From positions 1-64,000 of the forward strand of contig CAVPSB010000023.1 of assembly GCA_963708025.1 (NCBI GenBank): a stretch of 64,000 bases of DNA. The letters run 5' to 3'. Every line of letters starts with the position of its first letter. The stretch's first letter is position 1. The notes under the pieces were generated by a model that worked only from the letters and a program-made list of their open reading frames with translations, was not told where the DNA came from and did not search any database. Position numbers and translations under genes: made by a program. Positions 10,770 through 20,344 of this stretch are shown piece after piece. The stretch comes from an uncultured Candidatus Rokubacteria bacterium (GTDB taxonomy: Bacteria; Methylomirabilota; Methylomirabilia; Rokubacteriales; DASRDR01).

Positions 10770-10898
10770 AGGGTGTGAACGAATCGGTGCTCCGGCTCTC
10801 CCCTCCCCCCCGGCCAAAGGCCGAAGGCCGTCCATCGGTGGGGGAGGGGGGCCAAAGGCCGAAGGCCGGCAAAGGATCGGGTAGGCGGGAGGTTCCGA
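10770..10898 (+). repeat. Family A repeat (long form with GGCCAAAGGCCGAAGGCCG modules)
   Basis: Starts AGGGTGTGA, ends GGCGGGAGG; similar to 50195-50338. Confidence 0.8.
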
Positions 10899-10902
10899 AC
10901 TG

Positions 10903-12246
10903 ATGGGCGTGTCGCTGGCGACCGCGCCGCCGGGCGTTCCGGCGCGCCGCGAGGGGTTCGCGGAGCTCGAGTACGAGAAGCTGCTCGCGTGCGTTCACTG
11001 CGGGTTCTGCCTCCCGACGTGTCCCACCTACGCCGAGAACGGCCTCGAGATGGACTCGCCGCGCGGGCGCATCTACCTCATCAAGGCCCTCGCCGACGAT
11101 CGGATCGCGCTCACGGACCCGGTGGTCGAGCACCTGTCGCTGTGTCTGGACTGCCGGGCGTGCGAGACCGCCTGTCCGGCCGGCGTCCAGTACGGCCACC
11201 TCATCGAGGCGGCGCGGGCCGAGATCGAGCGCCAGCGGCCGGGCTCGGTGTTCCGCCGGCTCGTGCGATACGTCGCGTTCACCCGGCTCCTGCCGAACCC
11301 GGCGGCGCTCCGCCTGCTGGCGGCGGCGCTGCGCGCCTATCAGCGGAGCGGGCTCCAGGCGCTGGTCCGCGGGAGCGGCCTCCTCCGGCTACTCCCGGCC
11401 ACCATCGCCGCCTCGGAGTCCCTGCTGCCCTCGCTTCCCCCAGCCAGCGACCGCGGACCCCTGCCGCCGACCGTCCCGGCCCGCGGTGAGCGGATCGCGC
11501 GGGTGGGCTTCTTGCACGGCTGCGTGCAGGACGTCGTCTTCCGGGCCCACAACCTGGCGACGCTCCGGCTCCTCACGCGGAACGGGTACGAGGTCGCCAT
11601 CCCGCCGACCCAGCGCTGCTGCGGCGCCCTCCACGCCCACGCTGGGGATCCCGAGCGCGCCCGGTCGCTGGCCCGGGACAACATCGCGGCGTTCGAGGCG
11701 GCGGGCGTGGAGACGGTCGTGGTGAACGCCGCCGGCTGCGGGGCGCACCTCCGGAACTACGGCCACCTGCTGCGGGACGATCCCGCGTGGCATGAGCGGG
11801 CGGCGGCGTTCGCCCGCGCGGTGGCCGACGTGACCGCAGTGCTGGCGCGGCACCCGCTGGCCGGGCCCCTGGGGCCGCTGCCGATGCGGGTCGCGTACCA
11901 CGATCCTTGTCATCTGGCTCACGGGCAGAAGGTGCGGAGTGAGCCGCGGGCGCTGCTCCGGGCGATCCCGGGCCTCGAGCTGACCGAGCTCCGGGAGTCC
12001 GAGATGTGCTGTGGCTCGGCCGGGATCTACAACCTGACCGAGCCCGAGATGGCGCGGCGGCTCCTCGTGCGCAAGGTCGGCCACCTCCAGGCGACCGGGG
12101 CCGAGGCGGTGGTGACCGCCAACCCGGGCTGCATTTTACAAATCGCCGCCGGTCTTCGCGAGCGGGGCGTCCCCATGCGGGTGCTCCACATCGTGGAGGT
12201 GCTCGACGCCGCCTACGCGGCGGCGGAGGGTCCACGGAGCGGCTGA
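10903..12246 (+). CDS. glcF: Glycolate oxidase iron-sulfur subunit
   Basis: CVHCGFCLPTCP and CLDCRACETACP ferredoxin motifs; two CCG domains. Confidence 0.92.
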   Translation: MGVSLATAPPGVPARREGFAELEYEKLLACVHCGFCLPTCPTYAENGLEMDSPRGRIYLIKALADDRIALTDPVVEHLSLCLDCRACETACPAGVQYGHLIEAARAEIERQRPGSVFRRLVRYVAFTRLLPNPAALRLLAAALRAYQRSGLQALVRGSGLLRLLPATIAASESLLPSLPPASDRGPLPPTVPARGERIARVGFLHGCVQDVVFRAHNLATLRLLTRNGYEVAIPPTQRCCGALHAHAGDPERARSLARDNIAAFEAAGVETVVVNAAGCGAHLRNYGHLLRDDPAWHERAAAFARAVADVTAVLARHPLAGPLGPLPMRVAYHDPCHLAHGQKVRSEPRALLRAIPGLELTELRESEMCCGSAGIYNLTEPEMARRLLVRKVGHLQATGAEAVVTANPGCILQIAAGLRERGVPMRVLHIVEVLDAAYAAAEGPRSG

Positions 12247-12761
12247 TGGAGGCCCGGTCGACGGTCGCCGAGCACAAGGCCCAGGCGCCGCGAGCCGTCC
12301 GCTGCGTCGTCTGCACGATCTCCGACTCGAAGACGCCGGAGACGGACACCAGCGGCCGGCTCCTCCAGGAGCTCCTGCGCCAGGCGGGCCACGAGGTCGT
12401 GGGGTACCACGTGGTGCGGGACGAGCCGAGCCAGGTCCACGGCGTGATCCACGCCGCCTGCACGAACCCGCCGATCCAGGCGGTCATCTTCACCGGCGGC
12501 ACCGGCATCACGTCGCGCGATCAGACCTTCGAGGCGATCGACGCGCTTCTCGAGAAGCGCCTGCCCGGGTTCGGGGAGCTGTTCCGGATGCTGTCCTACC
12601 AGGAGATCGGGCCGGCCGCGATGCTCTCCCGGGCCCAGGCCGGCGTGCGGGCCGGGCGGCTCGTGTTCTCGCTGCCGGGCTCCCCGGCGGCGTGCCGGCT
12701 GGCGCTCGAGCGGCTGATCCTGCCGGAGCTGCCGCACATGGTGCGCGAAGTCAACCGCTGA
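12246..12761 (+). CDS. moaB: Molybdenum cofactor biosynthesis protein B (MoaB/Mog)
   Basis: TISDS, DTSG, TGGTGITSRD, GFGELFR, SLPGSP motifs. Confidence 0.9.
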   Translation: MEARSTVAEHKAQAPRAVRCVVCTISDSKTPETDTSGRLLQELLRQAGHEVVGYHVVRDEPSQVHGVIHAACTNPPIQAVIFTGGTGITSRDQTFEAIDALLEKRLPGFGELFRMLSYQEIGPAAMLSRAQAGVRAGRLVFSLPGSPAACRLALERLILPELPHMVREVNR

Positions 12762-12762
12762 A

Positions 12763-12931
12763 AGCGTGTGAAGGAATGGGTGCTCCGACCCCCCCTTCCC
12801 CCGGTGGGTGGGGGAGGGGGCGGGAGGAGCGATGGAGGGTGTGACGAAGGCAACCGCCAACCGCGTGTGCTTCCGGCTCCCCCCTCCCCCCGGTGGGTGG
12901 GGGAGGGGGGCTGGGGGGGTGGGCGGGAGGT
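12763..12931 (+). repeat. Two tandem family A repeats
   Basis: AG(C/G)GTGTGA...CCCCC(T)CCCCCGGTGGGTGGGGGAGGGGG...GCGGGAGG occurs twice. Confidence 0.8.
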
Positions 12932-12935
12932 GTAA

Positions 12936-14054
12936 ATGGAGGGCGTGATGAGTCGGAGATGGCGAGTCGGCTTGGTGATCACGATCGTCGGGCTGGCGGT
13001 CGGCGGGGGCGCGGCGGCGCAAGGCACGGGGGCGGCCCCCGCCCAGCTCTGGCAGGACGCGACGGCGGACGCGGTGATCGCGCCGGAGATCCTCCGGCTG
13101 AACGCCGCCTTGACACGGCTGGCCGAGGGGCTGAAAGGGGGCCTGGTGCAGATCCGGGTCCGGCGGACCCCGGGGGACGCCGAGGGCGACGACGGCGGCC
13201 GGCGGGCGATGGGCTCCGGCTTCCTGATCCACCCCGACGGCTACATCGTGACCAACGCGCACGTCGTCGAGGGCGCCAGCGAGGTGCAGGTCCGCCTGGC
13301 GGCCGGCCGGCGGCTCAAGGGGACGGTCATCGGCCGCGACAGCGGGGTGGATCTCGCCCTGGTCAAGGTGGAGGCCAAGGAGAAGCTGGCGGTGCTGCCG
13401 CTCGGCGACTCCGATCAGCTCCGGGTGGGCGAGTTCGTGATGGCGCTCGGCCACCCCTTCGGCCTCGAGCAGACCGTGTCCTTCGGGATCGTGAGCCGGA
13501 AGGGGGCGCCGCTCCAGGCGGCGACGCGGGGCTTCGACTTCGTCCAGACGGACGCCGCGGTGAACCCGGGGAACTCCGGGGGGCCGCTCGTGAACATGGC
13601 CGGCCAGGTGGTCGGCGTGAACACGATGGCCGCCCGCAACGGATCGATCGGGTTCGCCATTCCCTCGAACCTCGTCAAGGCGCTGCTTCCCGAGCTGGCG
13701 ACCAAGGGCAAGGTCGAGTGGGGGTGGCTCGGCGTGCAGATCGACGAGATCACCGAGGACAACGTCGCGATCTACGGGCTGGCCGAGCCGCGCGGCGTGG
13801 CCATCCAGAGCGTCATGCCGGATCAGCCGGCGGCGAAGGCGGGGCTCCGGGCCAAGGACATCGTCCTCTCGATCGACGGGGCCGCGATCAGCACGCCCCG
13901 CGACCTCCAGCGCGTGATCGGCAAGACCCCGGCCGGGAAGACGGTCAAGATGCTCCTGATCCGTGAGGGCCAGGAGCAGGAGCTGGTGGTGACGGTCGGT
14001 CGCTATCCGGATCCCGACGAGGAGAAGGCGAAGCCACCCGTCCCCGCCCGGTAG
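12936..14054 (+). CDS. htrA: HtrA/DegP-family serine protease with one PDZ domain
   Basis: GSGF, TNAHVV, DLAL, QTDAAVNPGNSGGPL motifs; signal peptide. Confidence 0.9.
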   Translation: MEGVMSRRWRVGLVITIVGLAVGGGAAAQGTGAAPAQLWQDATADAVIAPEILRLNAALTRLAEGLKGGLVQIRVRRTPGDAEGDDGGRRAMGSGFLIHPDGYIVTNAHVVEGASEVQVRLAAGRRLKGTVIGRDSGVDLALVKVEAKEKLAVLPLGDSDQLRVGEFVMALGHPFGLEQTVSFGIVSRKGAPLQAATRGFDFVQTDAAVNPGNSGGPLVNMAGQVVGVNTMAARNGSIGFAIPSNLVKALLPELATKGKVEWGWLGVQIDEITEDNVAIYGLAEPRGVAIQSVMPDQPAAKAGLRAKDIVLSIDGAAISTPRDLQRVIGKTPAGKTVKMLLIREGQEQELVVTVGRYPDPDEEKAKPPVPAR

Positions 14055-14085
14055 GCGCGGGCTCGCGCCCGCTCCGGCGCCGTCG

Positions 14086-15309
14086 CTACCGGGCCGGGAC
14101 GGCCGGCGCCGGGGCGTGGGTCGCGGCGCCCCCGTTGCCGGCGGGGGGCGCGCAGGCCTCCGACGTCTCCGCGTGCGGCGAGAGATCGCGGATCGTCGGG
14201 TGCTCGCCGCAGAGCGGGCATTTCGGGTCCCGGCGCAGCCGCACCTCGCGGAAGCGCATCCCCAGCGCGTCGTAGGTGAGGAGCCGTCCGATGAGCGGGT
14301 CCCCTTTGCCCAGGAGCAGCTTGACGGCCTCCGTCGCCTGCACCACCCCGATGAGTCCTGGGAGCACGCCCAGGACGCCGGCCTCGTTTCAGGAGGGAAC
14401 GAGACCGGCCGGCGGCGGCACCGGGTAGAGGCAGCGATAGCACGGCCCGCGGCCCGGGGCGAGGACGGTGACCATCCCCTCGAACTGGAAGATCGAGCCG
14501 TGCACGTTCGGCTTGCCGGCCAGGTAGCAGGCGTCGTTGACGAGGTAGCGCGTCGCGAAGTTGTCGGAGCCGTTGACGACCACGTCGTAGTCCTTGATGA
14601 TCCGCTCGATGTTGTTGACGGTCAGCCGCTCGGCGTAGGGCACCACGGTCACGTCGGGGTTCAGCGCCTGGATGGTGTCGCGGGCCGACTCGACCTTGGG
14701 CCGCCCGACGTCCGAGGTCCGATGCAGGATCTGCCGCTGTAGGTTCGAGAGATCCACCACGTCGCCGTCGATGATCCCCAGCGTGCCAACCCCGACCGCC
14801 GCCAGGTACACCCCGGTCGGCGAGCCGAGGCCGCCCGCGCCGATCAGCAGGACCCTGGAGCGGAGCAGCCGCTTCTGCCCGGCCTCGCCGACCTGGGCCA
14901 GCATGAAGTGGCGGCTGTAGCGCTCCATCTGCGCGGGGGTCAACGCCTCTTCCTTCACGAGGGGCAGCCGCAGCTCCTTCCAGCGGCGGATGCCCCCGGC
15001 CATCGAGGCCACGTTGCGGTAGCCCAGATCGTGGAGCGCCTTGCCGGCCAGGAGCGAGCGGAGGCCCGAGAGGCAGTAGAGGACGAGCGGGGTTTCCGGA
15101 TCCGGATAGGCGTCCTGGACCTTGAACTCGAGGAAGCCGCGGCTGATGGGCACCGCGCCGTCGACGAAGCCCTCACGGTACTCGTCCGGGTCGCGGACGT
15201 CGATGAGCACCATCGGCTGGCTGCCGGCGAGGCGGTCGTGGACGTCCTCGACCGACACCTCGGGAACGGCCTGCTTGGCGTCGCTGACGAGATCGCGATA
15301 GGTCTTCAT
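14086..15309 (-). CDS. moeB: Rhodanese-MoeB/ThiF adenylyltransferase fusion with in-frame UGA (14389-14391); probable selenoprotein, 407 aa
   Basis: N-terminal rhodanese (YCLSGLRS); RYSRH, GAGGLGS, SNLQRQ, CYRC; reading continues [17 protein letters not shown] in the same frame to the DPKCPLC C-terminus. Confidence 0.88.
14355..14376 (-). promoter_or_regulatory. Candidate bacterial SECIS hairpin
   Basis: mRNA reads UGA-AACGAGGCCGGC-GUCCUGGG-CGUGCU-CCCAGGAC: perfect 8-bp stem starting 12 nt after the UGA. Confidence 0.65.
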
Positions 15310-15470
15310 CGGGTGCGGCCCTCCGGCGGCGGTGTTTCGACGTTCGGGGTCAGATTACCACGTATCTCGATCGGGTCAATCGCTTACCGGCTTCCTGGCG
15401 GCTCGGGGCCGCGGCCGTCACTCCCGATGCTATACTGGGCCGGCCTCGTTCGGCTTGCTGTGATCAGCAG

Positions 15471-16571
15471 ATGCAGATCGGGATCGATGCGCGACTGTGG
15501 GGGGAGCCCCGGAGCGGCATCGGCCGGTACACGCGGTCGCTCGTCGAGACCCTGGTGCGTCTCGCCCCCGAGGAGCGCTGGGTCCTGTATCTCGACCGGC
15601 CGGCCCTCGAGTTACCGCCGAGCGCCGAGGCCCGGTGCCTGCCCTGGCCCCAGCGGCTTCTCTGGACCCTGTGGGCCGCGCCGCGCGACCTCACCCGCCG
15701 GCCCGTCGATCTCTTCCACGGCGTCACCGGCTTCGAGTTGCCGTGGGGGACTGGGGCACGGCTCGTCACCACCGTGCACGACCTCATTCCCTTCCGCTTT
15801 CCGCGGCTCGTGCCCTGGCGCCATCGCGTGGCGGTGCGGGCGCTCCTCGGGAGCGCCCTCCGGCGGGCCGCGCGGGTGATCGCGGTCTCCGAGGCGACGC
15901 GGGCGGAGATCCTCCAGCGCTTCCGCGTGCCGGCGGACAAGGTCCGGGTCGTGCCCGAGGCCGCCGCCCCCCGATTCGCGCCGCCCTCGGCGGCCGAGGC
16001 TGAGCGCGTCGGCGCCCGCTACGGGCTCGCGGCGCCCTACGTCCTGTTCGTCGGCCTCCTCGAGCCCAAGAAGAACCTGCCCGCGCTCCTCCGCGCGGTC
16101 GCGCGGCTCCGCGCGGCGGGGGCGTGGGGCTCGACCCGCCTGGTGCTGGCCGGCGCGCCCGGCTGGGGGACGGCCGGGCTCGGCGCCGAGGCTGCGCGCC
16201 TGGGCCTGGACTCGTGCGTCTCGTTCCTCGGCCCCGTCCCCGAGGCCGATCTGCCGGCGTTGTACGCCGGGGCGGCCGCCTTCGTCTTCCCGTCGCTCTG
16301 GGAGGGGTTTGGCCTCCCCGTGCTGGAGGCGATGGCGGCGGGCGCGCCCGTCGTGGCCTCGCGCCGGGGCGCGCTGCCGGAAATCGCCGGCGATGCCGCA
16401 CTCCTCGTCGAGCCCGCCGCCGAGCCGCTCGCCGAGGCCCTCGGCCGTGTGCTCGCCGACGGAGCGCTCCGCGAGCGGCTGCGGGAGGCCGGCCTCGCCC
16501 GCGCACGGCTCTATTCCTGGGACCGCACCGGAGCGGAGACACTGGCGGTGTACCGCGCGGCGCTCGGATGA
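15471..16571 (+). CDS. Glycosyltransferase family 4
   Basis: TVHDLIP, EPKKN, FPSLWEGFGLPVLEAMA motifs. Confidence 0.9.
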   Translation: MQIGIDARLWGEPRSGIGRYTRSLVETLVRLAPEERWVLYLDRPALELPPSAEARCLPWPQRLLWTLWAAPRDLTRRPVDLFHGVTGFELPWGTGARLVTTVHDLIPFRFPRLVPWRHRVAVRALLGSALRRAARVIAVSEATRAEILQRFRVPADKVRVVPEAAAPRFAPPSAAEAERVGARYGLAAPYVLFVGLLEPKKNLPALLRAVARLRAAGAWGSTRLVLAGAPGWGTAGLGAEAARLGLDSCVSFLGPVPEADLPALYAGAAAFVFPSLWEGFGLPVLEAMAAGAPVVASRRGALPEIAGDAALLVEPAAEPLAEALGRVLADGALRERLREAGLARARLYSWDRTGAETLAVYRAALG

Positions 16572-18010
16572 CGGGGATGTCGGGGACCGCGGAGCGGGTC
16601 GCGCGGAACGCGGTCCTCAAGACCGCGGTGCAGGCGACCCGACTCCTGTCGCTGGCGTTCCTCATCGTCGCCGCCCGTGTCCTCGGCCCCGAGGGCTTCG
16701 GCCGGTTCACCTTCGCGTACACGCTGGCGACGCTCCTCGGGGCCACCCTCGATCTCGGGATGCACGCGATCCTCGTCCGCGCCGTCGCGCGGGCGCGGGC
16801 GGACACCGCCGAGTACTGGGCGGCTGCCGTCACCCTGAAGTGCGCTCTGCTCGTGCCCGCCGGCCTGGTCTTCGCCGCCGTCCCCCTGCTGACCGGGCGA
16901 CCGCTCGACACGACGCTGGCGGCCGGCCTGCTCGGCGCGGCCATCGTGCTCCAGTCGTTCATCGAGCTGGCGGTGACGGTCTTCACGGGCTTCGAGCGGC
17001 TGGAGTTCGAGCTGGGCGTGCGGGCCGTGGAGAAGCTGGTGCTCTTCGGTGTGGGGATCGGCGGCCTGATTCTCGGCGGGCGCCTGCTGCTGGTCGCCGG
17101 CGCCTTCGTGCTGGCCGCCCTCGTCTCGCTGACGCTCGCTGTGACGCTGGTGCACCGCCGCTTCGCGCGGCTGGCGTGGCGGTGGGACCCGACCGGGGCG
17201 CGCGCGCTCGGCCGGGCGCTGGGACCGGTCGCGGTCGCGTTCCTGCTGGCCTTCGCGACGACCCGGCTGGTCCCGCTAGCGGTGGCTCTCCTCGCCGGCG
17301 ACGAGGCGGCCGGGCACTTCGGGGCGGCGGTCCGCGTCCTCGACGTCGTGATGGTCGTGCCGGTCGTGTTCATCGCTGCCGTGTATCCCACGCTGGCGCG
17401 CGCGGCCGTCGGCGGCCCCCAGTTCCGCCGGCTGCTCGTCCCGTCGGTCGAGCTGCTCCTGATGCTGGGCCTGGGGGTCGCCCTCGCCTTCGCTCACGGC
17501 GCGGCGTGGGTGACGGCCGCCGTCTACGGACCCCCCTACGCGGCGACCGCCGGTCTCCTGGCCGTGCTCGGGGCCGCGGCCTGCCTGGGGTTCCTCAGCC
17601 AGTTTCTCGGCGTGGTGCTGCTCGCCCTCGACCGGGCCGGCCGGCTCCTGGCCGTCTGGGCGGTGAGCCTCGGGGCGAGCCTCGTGCTCACGCCGGGGGC
17701 CGTCCTGGCCCTCGGGGCTCACGGTGGCGCGGTCGTGCTGGTTCTCCTCGAGGCCATCGCGGTCACGGGGCTGCTGGTGGCGCTCCTGCCGTTCGTCCGG
17801 CTGCCGTTCGGCGACGGAGCCCTCAAGGCGGGCGCCGCCGCCCTCGCCGGCGGGCTGGCGGCGGGGCTGGCGCCGGCCGGGAGCGGCTGGCGGGTCGCGG
17901 TGGCCCTCGGCGTGTACGCCGGCGGGCTCCTCGTGCTGCGGCCGGTCCCGGTCGCGCTCTGGCGCCGGCTCCTCCGGGGGGCGCTGGCGCCGGCGGCGGA
18001 GCCCCGATAG
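16568..18010 (+). CDS. Polysaccharide flippase (Wzx-like)
   Basis: Multi-TM protein; ARVLGPEGFG and DLG motifs; lies in the GT cluster. Confidence 0.85.
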   Translation: MTGMSGTAERVARNAVLKTAVQATRLLSLAFLIVAARVLGPEGFGRFTFAYTLATLLGATLDLGMHAILVRAVARARADTAEYWAAAVTLKCALLVPAGLVFAAVPLLTGRPLDTTLAAGLLGAAIVLQSFIELAVTVFTGFERLEFELGVRAVEKLVLFGVGIGGLILGGRLLLVAGAFVLAALVSLTLAVTLVHRRFARLAWRWDPTGARALGRALGPVAVAFLLAFATTRLVPLAVALLAGDEAAGHFGAAVRVLDVVMVVPVVFIAAVYPTLARAAVGGPQFRRLLVPSVELLLMLGLGVALAFAHGAAWVTAAVYGPPYAATAGLLAVLGAAACLGFLSQFLGVVLLALDRAGRLLAVWAVSLGASLVLTPGAVLALGAHGGAVVLVLLEAIAVTGLLVALLPFVRLPFGDGALKAGAAALAGGLAAGLAPAGSGWRVAVALGVYAGGLLVLRPVPVALWRRLLRGALAPAAEPR

Positions 18011-18014
18011 CGCC

Positions 18015-19220
18015 ATGCACGTGGCGATCGACGCGCGCTACGTCTCGCGACTCCAGTCGGGGGTGGGCCACTACACCCAGCGCCTGGTCGGGGGCCTGGC
18101 CGCCATCGACGCGCGGAACCGCTACACCTGCCTGGTGGTCCGGGGTGGCCCGGACCTCCCGGGGCCCGACTGGGGCGAAGCGCGCTGGCGGCGCTGGCCG
18201 ACCCGCGTGTCGTTCGAGAACCACCTGGCGGGGGACCTCTGGCTGCTGGGCTACCTGCCGTTCCGGCTCCGCCGGCTGGCGGTGGACGTCTACCACGGCC
18301 CCGCGGTGTTCCTCCCGCTCGTCAAGCTCGGCTACCGGACCGTGGTCACGATCCACGACCTGGTGTCGTTCCTCTTTCCGGAGACGGTGCCGCGCAAGTA
18401 CGCCCTCTACATGCGCCTCATGACGCGGCTCGCCGTCCGCTCGGCCGACCGCATCATCGCCGTGTCGGGCGCGACCCGGGACGACCTGACCCGCGTCCTC
18501 CGGGTGCCGGAGGAGAAGGTCGTCGTGATTCACGAAGCGGTCGCGCCGGAGTTCGCCGCCGGCGGCGACCCCGCCGCCGTGACCGGCGTGATCGAGCGCT
18601 ACGACATCCGCCCGCCGTACTGCCTGTTCGTCGGGAACCTCGAGCCGCGCAAGAACCTCTCGCGGCTGATCGAGGCGTTCGGTCTCTTGCGCGCGCGCGG
18701 CGCCGCGGTGTCGGGCAGCGGTCGGCCACTGCAGCTCGTGCTGGTGGGCACCCGGGGATGGCTCTACAGCGGCATCTTCGGGACGGTCGCGACCCAGGGC
18801 CCGACGCCGGACATCGTCTTCACGGGATACGTGCCGGCCGGCGACCTGCCGGCCCTGTACGCGGGAGCGGAGTGCTTCGTTTTCCCTTCGCTGTACGAGG
18901 GCTTCGGGCTGCCCGTGCTCGAGGCCATGGCGGCGGGGACGCCGGTTGTCGCCTCGCGGGTCGGCGCGATTCCGGAGGTGGCGGGGGACGCGGCGCTGCT
19001 CGTGGACGCGCGGCGACCGGTCGAGCTGGCCGAGGCCATCGAGACCGTGCTCACCGACACGACCCTCAGGGCCCGGCTGGTCACCCGGGGCCGAGCCCGA
19101 GCCCGGATGTTCACCTGGGAGGCGGTGGCCCGGCAGACGCTGGCGGTCTACGAGAGCGCGCACGCCGGGACCGGCGGCGGCGATCACCCGGCGCCCGCCG
19201 GCGTATCCGGCCGGCCATGA
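18015..19220 (+). CDS. Glycosyltransferase family 4
   Basis: TIHDL, EPRKN, PSLYEGFGLPVLEAMA motifs. Confidence 0.9.
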   Translation: MHVAIDARYVSRLQSGVGHYTQRLVGGLAAIDARNRYTCLVVRGGPDLPGPDWGEARWRRWPTRVSFENHLAGDLWLLGYLPFRLRRLAVDVYHGPAVFLPLVKLGYRTVVTIHDLVSFLFPETVPRKYALYMRLMTRLAVRSADRIIAVSGATRDDLTRVLRVPEEKVVVIHEAVAPEFAAGGDPAAVTGVIERYDIRPPYCLFVGNLEPRKNLSRLIEAFGLLRARGAAVSGSGRPLQLVLVGTRGWLYSGIFGTVATQGPTPDIVFTGYVPAGDLPALYAGAECFVFPSLYEGFGLPVLEAMAAGTPVVASRVGAIPEVAGDAALLVDARRPVELAEAIETVLTDTTLRARLVTRGRARARMFTWEAVARQTLAVYESAHAGTGGGDHPAPAGVSGRP

Positions 19221-20341
19221 GGGTCGGCTTCGATGCCCGGAAGCTCGCCGACTTCGGGATCGGCACGTACATCCAGGGGCTCCTGGGCGAGTTCACCAGG
19301 CTGGGAGTGCCCGAGGAGCTGGTCGTCTATCGATCGCCCGACGTCGAGGTGCCCGCCGTCCTAGATGCCGCTGCCGGCATCGACTGGCGTCTGGAAGCGG
19401 CGCGGCCCTACTCGGTGGCCGAGCTGTGGCGGCTGGCCGCCCAGGCCCGCCGCGACCGGGTGCAGCTCTTCCACGCGCCCCACTACGTGTGTCCGCCCTG
19501 GCTCTCCTGTCCCGCCGTCGTCACGATCCACGACCTGATCCACCTGCGGTTTCCCGGCCGGCGCGGGTGGCCGCTGGTCCCGCTCTACGCCCGCGTGATG
19601 CTGCGGCTGGCCGTGCGGCGGGCGGCCCGCGTGATCGCCGTCTCGGACTCCACCCGGCGGGATCTCGAGGACTGGCTGGGCGCGCGGCCGGAGCGGATCC
19701 GCGTGATCCCGAACGGAGTGGCTGCCCTCTTCCGTCCGGCCGCTGACGGCGCCGACATCGGGGCCGGGCTGGCCAAGCTCGGGGTCGCCCCGCCGTACTG
19801 GCTCTTCGTCGGGAACCCCCTGCCGCACAAGAACGTCGGGCGGCTGCTGGAGGCCTTCGCCGGCCTGCCCGCCGCCGCCGGTCCGCTCGTGCTGGCGGGA
19901 GTCCGCCCGGCGGGACAGCCGGCCCTCGACCGCGCCATCGAGAGGCGCGGCCTTCGCGGGCGCGTCAGCCTCCTGGCGCCGGTTCCCGAGTCGGCGCTGG
20001 CGCTCCTCTACCAGGGCGCGACGGCGCTGGTGATCCCCTCCCTCTGGGAGGGGTTCGGGCTCCCCGCGCTCGAGGCCATGGCGTGCGGGACCCCGGTCGT
20101 GGCGTCGAATCGCGGGGGGCTCCCCGAAGTGGTCGGCGACGCGGGGGTGCTCGTCGACCCCACGAACGTTGACGCGTTGCGCGCGGCTTTGTATAATCTC
20201 GCCGTCGATTTACCTCTACGCGCGGCGCTGCGGGCCGCCGGCCTGGCCCGGGCCCGCGCATTTTCGTGGCGGCACGCCGCCGAGGCCACCGTCGGAGTCT
20301 ACCGCGAGGCCTTGGCCGTCGGGCCCGGGGAGCCAAGGTGA
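19217..20341 (+). CDS. Glycosyltransferase family 4
   Basis: GIGTY, TIHDLIH, PHKN, EGFGLPALEAMACG motifs. Confidence 0.9.
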   Translation: MRVGFDARKLADFGIGTYIQGLLGEFTRLGVPEELVVYRSPDVEVPAVLDAAAGIDWRLEAARPYSVAELWRLAAQARRDRVQLFHAPHYVCPPWLSCPAVVTIHDLIHLRFPGRRGWPLVPLYARVMLRLAVRRAARVIAVSDSTRRDLEDWLGARPERIRVIPNGVAALFRPAADGADIGAGLAKLGVAPPYWLFVGNPLPHKNVGRLLEAFAGLPAAAGPLVLAGVRPAGQPALDRAIERRGLRGRVSLLAPVPESALALLYQGATALVIPSLWEGFGLPALEAMACGTPVVASNRGGLPEVVGDAGVLVDPTNVDALRAALYNLAVDLPLRAALRAAGLARARAFSWRHAAEATVGVYREALAVGPGEPR

Positions 20342-20344
20342 CGG

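Noticed and set aside
14389-14391. moeB as a nonsense pseudogene
   Set aside because: The stop is UGA exactly at the conserved Cys, is followed by a hairpin, and the downstream frame is intact. Selenocysteine fits better.
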